The notes: generated by a model not told the origin, from the sequence alone. A DNA stretch of 64,000 nucleotides from an uncultured virus (IMG/VR IMGVR_UViG_3300013382_000009) (IMGVR_UViG_3300013382_000009), one strand, 5' to 3'. Positions 1 through 10,014 are shown, counted from the first letter of the stretch. Translations and numbers: made by a program.

Positions 1-119
1 GAGAATTAATTACTAATTCCAGCTAAATATAGGTTAAATGTATTAATCTTCTGCAAAATTAAGCATTTCTAGACAAAAAGGAACATTTTTATGGTAAAAA
101 GTTAAATATTACTATACAA

Positions 120-151
120 TTTGGATATTTTCTAAATAAGTTGTATATTTG
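120..151 (+). promoter_or_regulatory. Bacteroidota sigma-A-type promoter
   Basis: TTTG at 120-123 and TATATTTG (TAnnTTTG) at 144-151, 20 bp apart, upstream of ATG 174. Confidence 0.7.
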
Positions 152-173
152 CATCATCTAAACAGACAAGTGT

Positions 174-629
174 ATGGTGAGAAGAAAATTTGAGTTGACT
201 TGCAAGATGCGAGAAGACCTAATGGAGGCTTATCGGGAGGTCTATACCAAATGCCGCACCCAGAGGGAGGCTTATGAAAAGACCGTTACCCATCCTGCCC
301 CTCGCTTTTATGTTACCCCCAAACAAGCATACGACATGTTGCGACCGATGGTTATGGGCGACACTTCCAAGATAGAAAAGTTGTCGCCAAAGATTCGGAG
401 CATGTATTTGGAGATGTTTAAGATATTAAACCAAATGACCCAAAAGCAAGAGTTTATGGGCAAATCGCTCTGGTTCATCTGTCAGTTCTTGGTCTCTCAG
501 CCAGCATCAGAATTTTATATCAGCGCAGATACGTTTAAAGATATTTTCCCCTCATTAAAGAAATATGGAAAAAATTACCATTTCGAGGATATTAGGTCAA
601 GACGGAAAAATAAGGAACTTAAGGGTTAA
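174..629 (+). CDS. hypothetical phage protein (basic, possibly DNA-binding)
   Basis: 151-aa ORF directly downstream of a consensus promoter; no recognised motif. Confidence 0.7.
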   Translation: MVRRKFELTCKMREDLMEAYREVYTKCRTQREAYEKTVTHPAPRFYVTPKQAYDMLRPMVMGDTSKIEKLSPKIRSMYLEMFKILNQMTQKQEFMGKSLWFICQFLVSQPASEFYISADTFKDIFPSLKKYGKNYHFEDIRSRRKNKELKG

Positions 630-630
630 G

Positions 631-1068
631 ATGGTTCTTAGCTTGGCTTGCATTGGTGGGTATTTCCTGCATACTGGATTCTATGATGGGTGCCCATGGT
701 GGAATCATCTGGTGTATAGCTTCTGTCATGCGAATGTGTTTCATCTTTGCATCAACATGATGGTACTCTGGAGCATCAGGAATAAGATTCCTCTGGCTGA
801 GGCTTTCGGGGTGGCTGTAGTGGCTAGCTTTCTGCCGATGTATGTGGATGGTGAGACGATGGGGCTTTCGGGGTTCTTGTTTGGTGCTTTTGGGATTATG
901 TGGGGAAGAACAGGAAGGTGGAAGGATGCCTTCGTAAAGGCGATGCCATTCATCGTTTGCACCATGATCGTGCCGAATGTGAACGGACTTCTGCATTTGT
1001 GGTGCTTCTGGTTAGGATATATAGTAGGATTTCTTCGTAATGTGTTTCATAAGTTTTTTAAGGTTTAA
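631..1068 (+). CDS. rhomboid-family intramembrane serine protease (compact)
   Basis: HANVFHLCINM, catalytic GLSG and downstream LLHLWCF motifs; hydrophobic throughout; ATG 631 follows the upstream stop (track start is 565). Confidence 0.8.
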   Translation: MVLSLACIGGYFLHTGFYDGCPWWNHLVYSFCHANVFHLCINMMVLWSIRNKIPLAEAFGVAVVASFLPMYVDGETMGLSGFLFGAFGIMWGRTGRWKDAFVKAMPFIVCTMIVPNVNGLLHLWCFWLGYIVGFLRNVFHKFFKV

Positions 1069-1085
1069 GTTTTAGTTGAAATGAA

Positions 1086-1118
1086 AAAGGCGACCGCTCG
1101 TAATGAGTAGTCGCCTTT
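1086..1118. terminator. bidirectional intrinsic terminator
   Basis: AAAGGCGAC...GTCGCCTTT stem between convergent genes. Confidence 0.75.
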
Positions 1119-1131
1119 GTGGTTTTGATGG

Positions 1132-3966
1132 CTAGTTTTGTCCTCGGAGCAGAGAACGGCGGTTTTGGATGGTTACCGCTGTGCCTTGGAAGGAATCACA
1201 AGCCTTGAAGTCGGTGAGGGTGTACTTAAAGGTAAAGAATGCCCACGGCTTGCCAAAGAGTGAAGGTAGCTTGCACCACTGCTTGCCGGCGTTGTTGTTG
1301 GCGAGAATATCCAAATGCAACTTTCCTTGCTCTGTTCTACGGAAGTGCTGGATTGCTCGAAGGCTTTTCAGTATGAGTGAGCTACCTAGCTTCATCGGTC
1401 GAGTGATAATGGTGCCGCTATACAGGTTCTCGTCCTCATTAACATCTGGCTTATCTGTCAGCGAATACACATTTCCATCGGTATCCTGTATGAGGTTGTC
1501 GGGGTAATCATTTACTACTGCCTGGGCTACGATTCCGCTGTTATCAAGGGCAAAGGTTTGGTCTTCCATATTATATATGTATTGGTAGGACTTATCCTTG
1601 CCGAAAATGCGAAGGAGCGATGCTTGATAATCGTAGGCGATGAGGCAATCCTTCAAGAACTTAACAATACCTGCATGGTCGATATGTTCCAACACAAGCG
1701 GTTCGCCATCGGCGCTGAAATAATTCAAATCGTCTGGCAATCTGCCTCCGAGTTGTCGGCTCACACAAGCAGACGTTCCGCCGCTCACTGCCATCAATCC
1801 CTTCTTGGAGGTAAAGAAGATGAACTTGTCGGTCGGTGTGAATGGAGAGTTATCGTTAGCCACGTCTCGGGAGACAGGATAGGCTGCGGAATACAATCCC
1901 TCAGAGTTGACAGAGAGGGCATAGATGCCTTCGGTGGTGAATACCAACAGAGGGAACTGACCGAACTGTCCTTGACTGACAGCATCGGTATTGGCTGTGA
2001 TGCCGAGTATCTTGCCTGTGCCTACAGTGTTGTCGCCAGATGCCTCGAAGACAAAAGGGTTGTTGACATTTGATGTGTATATCTGCGAATCCATCTCTTC
2101 ACATGCGTTATCATCTACAGTTGGTAGCTCGATATTATCTTCTATGTTGTAGTTATTTCCAGAAAGAGGCAAGTTTTCGAATGAGTATGAGCCGTTCAAC
2201 ATAGGATGTTGTCTAAGCTGTATTCTTCTGCCTTTACTTACTCCTTGATCATGACGATAGATAATCACCTCTGTTGCATTAGGGTCTGGATAATAAAACC
2301 ATCCGTCCAATCCATACACATAACCTGTGTCATTAGACTTAACCCATCTATCCATCTTGCTTGAAACGATGTGAACATAGAAAGTAACGTCAATTATATT
2401 TCCGTATGGCTCTACATAAGATTTATTTTTCTTTGCGACAAAATAATCGAAACCACGAAAAGGATAACGCTTTATGCCAAAAGAATTTAATCTGTTATTA
2501 TAAGTAAACATGTTTGTAAAAACGTTCTTAGTCCACCCATAGTAATCATCCTTTGGCAATTGCTCCTGCTCTTCTAGGTTCTCTAGTACTCCATCCTTGA
2601 TATAGTCTTTTCCTTTCAACCAGTAAAGGAAACTTAATCCTTCTGACGAAGGAAAGAATCCAACACTTCCATCTGTCTTAAGAGATAATAGCTTATAAAA
2701 TTGTGTTCTAGTAAGAAGCTCCTCTATAATTTCCTTATCACTTTTGTATGTCGGTTGAATAACCGTAGCTGGGTATTTCATACCATGCTCTGTATTTGTG
2801 CCCCATTGATATTTCATCTGAACAGGTGTTGCCGCCGTATCAACCTCAATGCTATCTGCGTAAATCTTACCCTGAGAATCGAGAGGAGCAGAAAAGTTCC
2901 ATGTTTCCTCCAACTTGTAAGGAACGACCTCTTTCGTTGCAAATACCACGAACTCTTTTACTATATCCTTCCATTTCTCCCAGTCCTTAAGGATAGGAGC
3001 AAACTCTATGTGTGCAGTTCTTGGGAAATACATAAAATCGGTAACAGCCCAATTGTCAGCATTTGTTTCTTTCCACGTTTTGCTATCTTCGTCATACCAC
3101 ACAGGTACCATATAGACATTCTTTCGAACGCTAGGATAACAGATTATTGGATTAGAAATCTTGGCATAGCTACCATCGTGAAGTTTTAAAGCCACACGAA
3201 CAAAGAAAGGATGAAGGAACATCTTATTCTTCTTGCATAGTTTTTCAACCTCTCCAATGTGACCTTGAATAGCCTTTTGAGCATTATCCCACTTTTCCTT
3301 GTCGGTATATAGCTCGTATTTCTTGTATCTTGTATATATATTACTAGGCACTCCGTCCTTGGTAAATACTTTAACCAATTGCCCATTTTCGTCATACGAG
3401 TAATCCTTATCTTGGCTATTTCTCGGAACCAGATACATATCAGAATCTTTGACCAACTCTTTCAATATGCAATTAGTCTTCATAGTTGGTTGGTCGCTAG
3501 TACTCTGCAAGCCTATAACAATACCAGGCTCTGGTAAATCCGTACCAAGATCTTGATACTTGTTATTTTTGAATAGCAAGTAATGATTCCCATTCTCTAT
3601 AGCGCACACCAATGTATTACCAACATGCTTGATGTCTAGCAACTTTGAGCCAAGTTCTATCGTCTGCTTATCTTCCGCTGTGGTGTCTCCACTTTGAGCA
3701 TAGATGTGGATGAGGAGCTGCTTCTTGTCCTCTACGTAGGTGATAAGGTTTCTGTAGTCTGCCAACTTGTGAACATACACAAGCTTTCCTTCAAGCGGCG
3801 TATCGCCTGTGATGCAGAATGGCTTCTGTATCGGCTTCATTTCCCCATCACGGTAGATGAATCCGACAGACTCCATAAGCTCATCGTCTGTACAGATGTT
3901 ATCACTCGGAATGTTGGTCATTCCCTTGCTGAAACTCAATGTCTTTGTCTCTGTGTTTTGTTCCAT
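1132..3966 (-). CDS. probable virion structural protein (tail tubular/stabilisation-like, beta-rich)
   Basis: 944 aa, beta-strand rich; N-terminal FSKGMTNIPSD and C-terminal GTIITRPMKLG resemble tail nozzle/stabilisation proteins; function inferred. Confidence 0.5.
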   Translation of the reverse strand: MEQNTETKTLSFSKGMTNIPSDNICTDDELMESVGFIYRDGEMKPIQKPFCITGDTPLEGKLVYVHKLADYRNLITYVEDKKQLLIHIYAQSGDTTAEDKQTIELGSKLLDIKHVGNTLVCAIENGNHYLLFKNNKYQDLGTDLPEPGIVIGLQSTSDQPTMKTNCILKELVKDSDMYLVPRNSQDKDYSYDENGQLVKVFTKDGVPSNIYTRYKKYELYTDKEKWDNAQKAIQGHIGEVEKLCKKNKMFLHPFFVRVALKLHDGSYAKISNPIICYPSVRKNVYMVPVWYDEDSKTWKETNADNWAVTDFMYFPRTAHIEFAPILKDWEKWKDIVKEFVVFATKEVVPYKLEETWNFSAPLDSQGKIYADSIEVDTAATPVQMKYQWGTNTEHGMKYPATVIQPTYKSDKEIIEELLTRTQFYKLLSLKTDGSVGFFPSSEGLSFLYWLKGKDYIKDGVLENLEEQEQLPKDDYYGWTKNVFTNMFTYNNRLNSFGIKRYPFRGFDYFVAKKNKSYVEPYGNIIDVTFYVHIVSSKMDRWVKSNDTGYVYGLDGWFYYPDPNATEVIIYRHDQGVSKGRRIQLRQHPMLNGSYSFENLPLSGNNYNIEDNIELPTVDDNACEEMDSQIYTSNVNNPFVFEASGDNTVGTGKILGITANTDAVSQGQFGQFPLLVFTTEGIYALSVNSEGLYSAAYPVSRDVANDNSPFTPTDKFIFFTSKKGLMAVSGGTSACVSRQLGGRLPDDLNYFSADGEPLVLEHIDHAGIVKFLKDCLIAYDYQASLLRIFGKDKSYQYIYNMEDQTFALDNSGIVAQAVVNDYPDNLIQDTDGNVYSLTDKPDVNEDENLYSGTIITRPMKLGSSLILKSLRAIQHFRRTEQGKLHLDILANNNAGKQWCKLPSLFGKPWAFFTFKYTLTDFKACDSFQGTAVTIQNRRSLLRGQN

Positions 3967-3970
3967 ATTT

Positions 3971-4144
3971 TTATTCTCCTAATAATATTTTAAGAAGTTC
4001 GTTAAACTTGTTGTCGTACCATCGTGGCTGTGTCTCGTTCTGGTTCTTTGGAGAAACTTGGTTCTCGCCGTAAATGGTTCCCTTGGCAGTGATAACCTTG
4101 AACTTGTGAAGCTTTGACTTGCTAATCATTGTAATTTCGTTCAT
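3971..4144 (-). CDS. small hypothetical protein (57 aa)
   Basis: ATG-TAA ORF read by hand; fills the gap in the leftward operon. Confidence 0.5.
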   Translation of the reverse strand: MNEITMISKSKLHKFKVITAKGTIYGENQVSPKNQNETQPRWYDNKFNELLKILLGE

Positions 4145-4148
4145 GATT

Positions 4149-4364
4149 TTATTTATTTTTATTTGTTAAACTTATCGCCTTGGTGATGCGGTGGTCGAAC
4201 TTGTTTCGATATTTGCATTTAAACCAAGTATCACAAAAATACACACAGCCATACTCATTATATGCTTCCTTATACTTTCTCTTCCAATAATGTGAATTGC
4301 TATTGTTTTGAGATTCACTATAAGGGTCGGCTTTCTGTATCTTCTTTGCCAGTCTAATCTTCAT
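4149..4364 (-). CDS. hypothetical phage protein
   Basis: MKIRLAKKI N-terminus; tight operon packing. Confidence 0.6.
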   Translation of the reverse strand: MKIRLAKKIQKADPYSESQNNSNSHYWKRKYKEAYNEYGCVYFCDTWFKCKYRNKFDHRITKAISLTNKNK

Positions 4365-4621
4365 AATGGTCTATATTTAATAGGAACATTTTCTAATCTT
4401 TTTCTATACCATTCTGCTTTCTTTTCAAGACGAGGTACATTCTTGTTGTGTATAGCAATGTTATATTGAGCTTGCTCATAACCAACAAAAAAGCTATTAC
4501 ATTTGAACTCTGCGAAATTTCTCCAATCTTTGAGGCAATCAAGAAGTTCTTCATATCTCTTTCTATTATAATCTGGAGAAAGGATTTTCTTACGTAATTT
4601 TCTAATATGTCTTGCTTTCAT
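4361..4621 (-). CDS. hypothetical phage protein
   Basis: ORF from ATG MKARHIRKLRKK; stop overlaps next start. Confidence 0.55.
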   Translation of the reverse strand: MKARHIRKLRKKILSPDYNRKRYEELLDCLKDWRNFAEFKCNSFFVGYEQAQYNIAIHNKNVPRLEKKAEWYRKRLENVPIKYRPL

Positions 4622-4655
4622 ATTCTCACTATTTAGCTCGAAGGCTGTTAAACAA

Positions 4656-4871
4656 TCATTCAATCACCTTACTACTAACAACAACTCTATCTCTTCCCAA
4701 AAAAGCTCTTGCCTTTTCTAAAGAACTAAATACGGCACTTATCAATACCCCACTGTCTGTTGTAATTGTCATTGTACTCCACCATAATGGAATGCCAAAA
4801 AGAGTATTACTTTGCACACAATATCTTTTCTCTCCATTGGAGAGTGTCTCTTCAACTATTCTCTTTGCCAT
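4656..4871 (-). CDS. hypothetical phage protein
   Basis: 71-aa ORF in packed leftward operon. Confidence 0.55.
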   Translation of the reverse strand: MAKRIVEETLSNGEKRYCVQSNTLFGIPLWWSTMTITTDSGVLISAVFSSLEKARAFLGRDRVVVSSKVIE

Positions 4872-4876
4872 ATCTC

Positions 4877-5296
4877 CTACAATTTAATGTTGCTGTCTAA
4901 ACCTAATCCGAAGAGAAGGTGCTGGAGTTGGCTGACATAATGGATATTATGTACAAGGAAGGTATCTTCTTTATCTATATCCCAACCATCTATTCCCTCA
5001 TAAAAAGCTATGAGGTGAGCATAAATCTCTTCATTGTCTTCATCTTTTCCAATGAAGATACTCTTTTCAAAAACACCATCACTTGTTTCATACCACCCAT
5101 TCTTTTTAAGAATCTCTGGAGTAAGAGGAATTGGATTCACTTCACTAGAACGTTCATAGAAACTTTTTCTCTTATTAGTACAAGTAATATAGATAAAAGG
5201 ATTCTCATCACCAGCAGCGTTATCAACTTCATTTATCATTACTACCTCATTATTGAACATTACCAAATCTCCAGGGATATAAATATTCTGTTCCAT
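4877..5296 (-). CDS. conserved Bacteroidota phage hypothetical protein
   Basis: GDLV...PIPLTPEILKKNGW...YVSQLQHLL pattern common in Bacteroidales phages. Confidence 0.7.
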   Translation of the reverse strand: MEQNIYIPGDLVMFNNEVVMINEVDNAAGDENPFIYITCTNKRKSFYERSSEVNPIPLTPEILKKNGWYETSDGVFEKSIFIGKDEDNEEIYAHLIAFYEGIDGWDIDKEDTFLVHNIHYVSQLQHLLFGLGLDSNIKL

Positions 5297-5298
5297 AC

Positions 5299-5472
5299 TT
5301 ACTTTCCTTTCTCAACGAATATTACATTCTTGTGGTCTGAACGATAACAATCAGTACACAACTTCCAACAAATGTTAGACATGGGACTTTTAAAGAAAAA
5401 ACAACCCATGCAGGACTTAGGTTCTTCTTTAACCACCAATGTGATTTCTTCACCTATCTTATATTCCTTCAT
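5299..5472 (-). CDS. small Cys-rich hypothetical protein (57 aa)
   Basis: hand-read ORF MKEYKIGEEITLVVKEEPKSCMGCFF...RSDHKNVIFVEK. Confidence 0.6.
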   Translation of the reverse strand: MKEYKIGEEITLVVKEEPKSCMGCFFFKSPMSNICWKLCTDCYRSDHKNVIFVEKGK

Positions 5473-5473
5473 A

Positions 5474-5737
5474 TCATTTTCTTTTATAAATTACACATGA
5501 ATCCACAGGTATTTTACCCTCATAAGTAACTCTTAGCTCTGTTTTACCTCTATACACATCTATAGCTTTTGGCTGTTCACTCATGGTCGCAAACTTTGAA
5601 GCTAATGAATAAATACATAACAGTGCTACTATTAAACTTACCCAAGCAATAGGGGAATGAACACTATCGGTAAAGAATAATGCAAATATGCTAAATCCTA
5701 TTGCTATGAATAGTATTAAAATAAAAAACATTATCAT
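5474..5737 (-). CDS. membrane hypothetical protein
   Basis: two hydrophobic segments followed by PKAIDVYRGKTEL motif. Confidence 0.6.
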   Translation of the reverse strand: MIMFFILILFIAIGFSIFALFFTDSVHSPIAWVSLIVALLCIYSLASKFATMSEQPKAIDVYRGKTELRVTYEGKIPVDSCVIYKRK

Positions 5738-5872
5738 TTTCTGCCTCGCTTTCTGTTTAAAAGTTTCTGACCATACTCCTTTGGAGAAAGTAAGTCTGTT
5801 CTAATAATAGTCCCAATAGGGTAATGTGGCATATTATAATATGGACGAGGGTCATTGTAATCAACAAATTCT

Positions 5873-6244
5873 TTAACCATTACTGCCTCCTTTCTGCTCT
5901 AGTAAATCATCAAGATAACACCATTTATTTATTTCCCACAATTCGACTTCATGATTCCAATCTTGATAGTCAGACTCCAAGTAATAAATTATATGGTCTT
6001 TATCTCCACCAATAACAAGTACGGATGCCTTGTTTCTTGGTTCTTCACTATCATCATGCCACAGTTCTTTTAAAAACTGTTCGATAGCCCAGTGAGCACC
6101 AGCTTGAAATGAACATTCTCTTATTACCGAATTAGCATAAAGTTCTCCACTAGTTTGCTTTCTACGCAACACTTTCTTCAACTCGTTTTCTACTTTCTTG
6201 TTGTATTCTTTGGCAGCTTCTATTGCCTTCTTATCTAAATCCAT
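5873..6244 (-). CDS. DUF551-like phage protein
   Basis: LWHDDSEEP...INKWCYLDDLL. Confidence 0.55.
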   Translation of the reverse strand: MDLDKKAIEAAKEYNKKVENELKKVLRRKQTSGELYANSVIRECSFQAGAHWAIEQFLKELWHDDSEEPRNKASVLVIGGDKDHIIYYLESDYQDWNHEVELWEINKWCYLDDLLEQKGGSNG

Positions 6245-6246
6245 AA

Positions 6247-6420
6247 CTAAAACATTATTCTATATGGTTTACCTTTCAATGTCGGTCTCTTTTGCTCCAC
6301 GAACTTCAAGAGTTCGTTGTAATCAATCGTGAACAATGGGCAGTACTTGTACTTTAGGGTACAGATGAACTTGCCATCGAGCATGATATCTAGGAACAGG
6401 GCTTTCATCGCTTGTTTCAT
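6247..6420 (-). CDS. small hypothetical protein (57 aa)
   Basis: hand-read ORF DIMLDGKFICTLKYKYCPLF...KRPTLKGK. Confidence 0.6.
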   Translation of the reverse strand: MKQAMKALFLDIMLDGKFICTLKYKYCPLFTIDYNELLKFVEQKRPTLKGKPYRIMF

Positions 6421-6803
6421 CATTTTGCCTCCGTGTTATATTCTTTCTGAGCCTTTTGAACCTCGTAAACGAAACGATTGATGTTGATACCGCAATCAAC
6501 TACCTCCTGATTGTGCTTGGCTGCATCGGATATCAGATGGGTGCAATCTTCGGTGAAGCCACAGATGCGGTCGCCCTCTATCGTGAAGAGGTATTGATGG
6601 GTGTTGTAATAGGCGCACTCGCAGAGGTTGAAGTGATTGCCTTCGAGGATTCTGCGAACATAGGGGTTATTGAGGCGAAGGACTATCAGCTTGCCTTTGC
6701 TAGTATAGTACTTGTGGTACTTGATGCGGTCGTAGATGATTACCGCTATTCCTAGAAGGAACATTGCGGATGCCACGATGATTTCGATTTCTTGTCTATT
6801 CAT
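6420..6803 (-). CDS. hypothetical protein with N-terminal TM helix
   Basis: 127-aa ORF, overlapping neighbours. Confidence 0.6.
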   Translation of the reverse strand: MNRQEIEIIVASAMFLLGIAVIIYDRIKYHKYYTSKGKLIVLRLNNPYVRRILEGNHFNLCECAYYNTHQYLFTIEGDRICGFTEDCTHLISDAAKHNQEVVDCGININRFVYEVQKAQKEYNTEAK

Positions 6804-7483
6804 AACTTTCTTTTGATTTTGTCGATTGTTCTCTTGATGATTCCGTTCTCGTCTCGCTCGGGATATAACTCTTCGTTGACATCGTGGAGCTTGACAGATT
6901 GGATGCGATGAGTGGCAGGATCAAGACCATGGCTCTCGCAATAAAGTTTCCATGCCTCCAAGCCATGGGGCTTATTGGCATCCTTGGCTGCTTGCTTGGC
7001 TTCTTCCTGTCTTTTCTTTTCCTCCTCTACCCTTCCACGTTCTTCCAACAGGTCTTTATCGAACTTGCCGAGGGCTTCCATGATGTCCTGCGGATTGATT
7101 ACGCTCGTATCTCTGTCGTGGTTGTAGTGGTGAAGTTTGCCATATTCACCGTTGGCAAAGGAGAGGAAGGCGAAATCCAGCTCGGTGGGAGTCCAATAGT
7201 AATACTTGGCACAGATTCTAGTGGCTAGCATCTGTATCTGATACTCACTGGCTATATCGAAGGCTCCGAGATAAGTGAAGAGTTCTATCAATCGCCCCTT
7301 GACCCATCCGATGAGCGGTTTCAAGCCTCGCTCCTTTCGCAAGGTGAGCATGGTCTTGGTGTTGCGGCTTACCGCTTCGTGGATGGATATGGGGCGAACG
7401 TAGCCATTCTTATCTTGGATTGTCGGGACTAGAGAGGATTCTTGCAGCCTTTGAAGCGAGGCTGATAGTTCGTTGCTGCTCAT
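6800..7483 (-). CDS. replication-associated hypothetical protein (DUF6633-like)
   Basis: YYYWTPTELDFAF...GEYGK...PQDIMEAL; follows initiator-like gene. Confidence 0.5.
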   Translation of the reverse strand: MSSNELSASLQRLQESSLVPTIQDKNGYVRPISIHEAVSRNTKTMLTLRKERGLKPLIGWVKGRLIELFTYLGAFDIASEYQIQMLATRICAKYYYWTPTELDFAFLSFANGEYGKLHHYNHDRDTSVINPQDIMEALGKFDKDLLEERGRVEEEKKRQEEAKQAAKDANKPHGLEAWKLYCESHGLDPATHRIQSVKLHDVNEELYPERDENGIIKRTIDKIKRKL

Positions 7484-7889
7484 AATTTGGCTTGTTTATG
7501 ATTTCATCGTTCCAACACTCGCCGTTGAGGTAAGTGAGGGGGTCTTTTCTGTACACTGGGTCTGGAGTAGAGGCTACGTAAGCTGGAGTGGCTAGCAAGC
7601 AAGCTGTTTGCTGCTCTTCGGTAAGTCTGTCCCATTTCTGTTTGGCTTTCTTCTTGCCTCGTTTTTTTTGATACATTTCCCACCAATCTTCGAAGGAGTC
7701 GTTTTCTCCAATAAATACGGCATCTTGCACCTTTACAGCTAAGGATTTCGTCTCATTAAACAGTTCGGCTTCCTTGTAATAGCGACCTGTAAGAGCGTAA
7801 CGTACTCCTTGAATGAAGGCTTCTTGCATCGCTTCGTCGTCGGGTGCAAATTTCTTTGCCTCTGCGTTGATTTCCTTTACTGTCTTCAT
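7410..7889 (-). CDS. phage replication initiator C-terminal-like protein
   Basis: FEDWWEMYQKKRGKKKAKQKW...YRKDPLTYLNGECWNDE motif. Confidence 0.6.
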   Translation of the reverse strand: MKTVKEINAEAKKFAPDDEAMQEAFIQGVRYALTGRYYKEAELFNETKSLAVKVQDAVFIGENDSFEDWWEMYQKKRGKKKAKQKWDRLTEEQQTACLLATPAYVASTPDPVYRKDPLTYLNGECWNDEIINKPNYEQQRTISLASKAARILSSPDNPR

Positions 7890-7913
7890 AAGATTCTACA
7901 TTTTAGTTGTTAA

Positions 7914-8345
7914 CTATACCCAACCGGCACCTGAACTTTCCAACTCTCGCTTGCAGTAGTCGATACTGATTTTATCCTCGGGTTCTGGTATCGGAACGCC
8001 GTTCATTGAAGCGTAGTCGAGGAAGTTTCGGATAACTGATGATGCCTCGGCGGTGGTGAGGGCTGAGATTGGCTTGAACTTATCGTTGCCTTGCTCGTCT
8101 TTCTCGCCTGTAAAGAATGGCACAGGGCAGATATGAAGCTGAATGTTACGCAAGGTGCTATAGAAGGTGTCGCCGTTCTTCATCGCCCAATAGGAAATCA
8201 TGAAGTGGATGAAACGCTGCTGATTGTCGGTCTGGACTGGGTGGAACTTCTTAATCTCTAGCTTATACTTGCATTCCTTGGCTTTCTCTACTTCCTTGAC
8301 GATTGCTAGATAATCTCTAGGATCATTGGGATTATATACGCTCAT
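7914..8345 (-). CDS. NinB-like recombination accessory protein
   Basis: QTDNQQRFIH...ISALTTAEASSVI...GVPIPEP; ATG 8345 just after the MBL stop (track start 8678 is over-extended). Confidence 0.5.
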   Translation of the reverse strand: MSVYNPNDPRDYLAIVKEVEKAKECKYKLEIKKFHPVQTDNQQRFIHFMISYWAMKNGDTFYSTLRNIQLHICPVPFFTGEKDEQGNDKFKPISALTTAEASSVIRNFLDYASMNGVPIPEPEDKISIDYCKRELESSGAGWV

Positions 8346-8353
8346 TACTGTAT

Positions 8354-9070
8354 TTACATTAAATTGATTTCTAAATGTGGTCGGGCGTAATATGTAGGTA
8401 CGCCCAAGACTTGTTGAAACTTGCTCACTGCCTTCTCTGGATTGAGGTGGCGAGAGGAACCATGGATGAGAACTATCTGCTTGGCGGACTTCTCGGCTTC
8501 GCATTGCTGCAAGAACTGGATGCCATGGGCTAGGCTCATGTGGGAGAGACGGATGCGGTCGGCTTGGCTTGCGATGGTCTTGCCTTCGTTGACAGCCTTT
8601 TCTAGGAGTCCATCCTCGTAGTTGCATTCCATGAGATAGGTACGACAACCCTTGATAATCTGATGGAGATTGTAACAATCGGTAGCAAAGAAGATTCCAC
8701 CAACCTCAGGGTGATAAATGAGATAGCCAAAGTTTAACACATCGTGTTCGACCGCAAAAGGTGTAATCCTGAAAGAGCCGAGGCTCTTGGTTTTCTCTTT
8801 ATATATAGGCTTTGCACCTTTTACCTCATAGGCAACTTCCTTATTGGAATAAACATCTATCCCTGCCTTGATGTATTCTGGGATGTGCTTGGCATGATCA
8901 GAATGAACGTGACTCACTAAGCACCCTACCACCTTGCTTGTCTTGTACCCGATGGCTCGCTTTACCTCTTTGAAAGGTACACCTGCTTCGAGCAGCAGGA
9001 TTTCTCCTGAATCTGCTCGAAGGGCATACGCATTGCCAGATGATGAAGAGCCAATAATTATTAGCTTCAT
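8354..9070 (-). CDS. MBL-fold metallo-hydrolase
   Basis: GSSSSGN, SHVHSDH, TD, ECNY, SHMS and LIHGS motifs. Confidence 0.9.
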   Translation of the reverse strand: MKLIIIGSSSSGNAYALRADSGEILLLEAGVPFKEVKRAIGYKTSKVVGCLVSHVHSDHAKHIPEYIKAGIDVYSNKEVAYEVKGAKPIYKEKTKSLGSFRITPFAVEHDVLNFGYLIYHPEVGGIFFATDCYNLHQIIKGCRTYLMECNYEDGLLEKAVNEGKTIASQADRIRLSHMSLAHGIQFLQQCEAEKSAKQIVLIHGSSRHLNPEKAVSKFQQVLGVPTYYARPHLEINLM

Positions 9071-9076
9071 CTTTGC

Positions 9077-10012
9077 TTACTTGAAAGGGTTATCGGTTGG
9101 CTTTGCTTCTGCTACAGAAGCTTCTTGCATATCTCCAGAAGATGGCTGTTTGATTTCGCCTGTCTCAGCATCAACCGTTATCACTTCCTTTGCCTCGGCA
9201 AACTCTGCGTCTCGCTGCTGCAAGGCGGTAGGCTTCTCATCGGCATTGATAATCTGCTCGGCATCAACGGAGAGTTCTCCCCACTTGGTGAGAAGCTGAC
9301 GGAGCACGGTCTTCTCTGCCATGTCTTGGAATCCTGCGTACCAGCCCAAGCCTCCACCTTCGCCATTGACAGACTGCTTGATGGCTACCTCCTTCAAACC
9401 TTGCCATGTAATCTTGTTGTTGAACTTGACCGTTGGCGAGAAGGTCTTGGCGAACTTGCAAACATCGTCTAGGCTCATATACATTATCTTCTCGAAGCCC
9501 GATGTTTCCTTGAAGTAGGCGAAGTAGCCAACTGGTACATCTGATGTCTTGGTTCCGCTCACATCGAGTGCGCCCGTAATCTTGTCGAAGCCCTTGAACT
9601 CGCCTTCGTAGATGGTACCCTTGTTGATGTTGGTGTATTTGTTGGTGCGAAGGGCGAGGTTAACGTAACCTCTTGTACCGATTACGAGGGTTGGGGTCGG
9701 AACGAGCTGACCTGTTGCCTTGTCTTTGTTCTTGAAGACGATGATGTAAGCCTGTCCTAGCTGCTTATTGATAGGCAAGCGCAAACCTGCTGCCTTGACA
9801 GCCTCGCTCATGAGGGCGTTGGGGTCGCATTGCATCAGCTGAGGGTCGGAGGTGAAGAGTTCCATCAAGCTTGTGGTGAATGCTCCTTTGTTCTCCTTCA
9901 TCGTATTCTCCAAGAGGGTCTGGTAATAACTATTGTTCATCACCGCTTGGAAGTTCTTTACTGCAAGAGCCTTCTGGGAAGGCTGCTTGGTTGCTACTGC
10001 TGTTTCTGCCAT
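9077..10012 (-). CDS. recT: RecT-family single-strand annealing protein
   Basis: LPINKQLGQAYII, IGTRGYVNLALRT, W...FQDMAEKTVLRQLL; acidic tail ending NPFK. Confidence 0.9.
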   Translation of the reverse strand: MAETAVATKQPSQKALAVKNFQAVMNNSYYQTLLENTMKENKGAFTTSLMELFTSDPQLMQCDPNALMSEAVKAAGLRLPINKQLGQAYIIVFKNKDKATGQLVPTPTLVIGTRGYVNLALRTNKYTNINKGTIYEGEFKGFDKITGALDVSGTKTSDVPVGYFAYFKETSGFEKIMYMSLDDVCKFAKTFSPTVKFNNKITWQGLKEVAIKQSVNGEGGGLGWYAGFQDMAEKTVLRQLLTKWGELSVDAEQIINADEKPTALQQRDAEFAEAKEVITVDAETGEIKQPSSGDMQEASVAEAKPTDNPFK

Positions 10013-10014
10013 GA

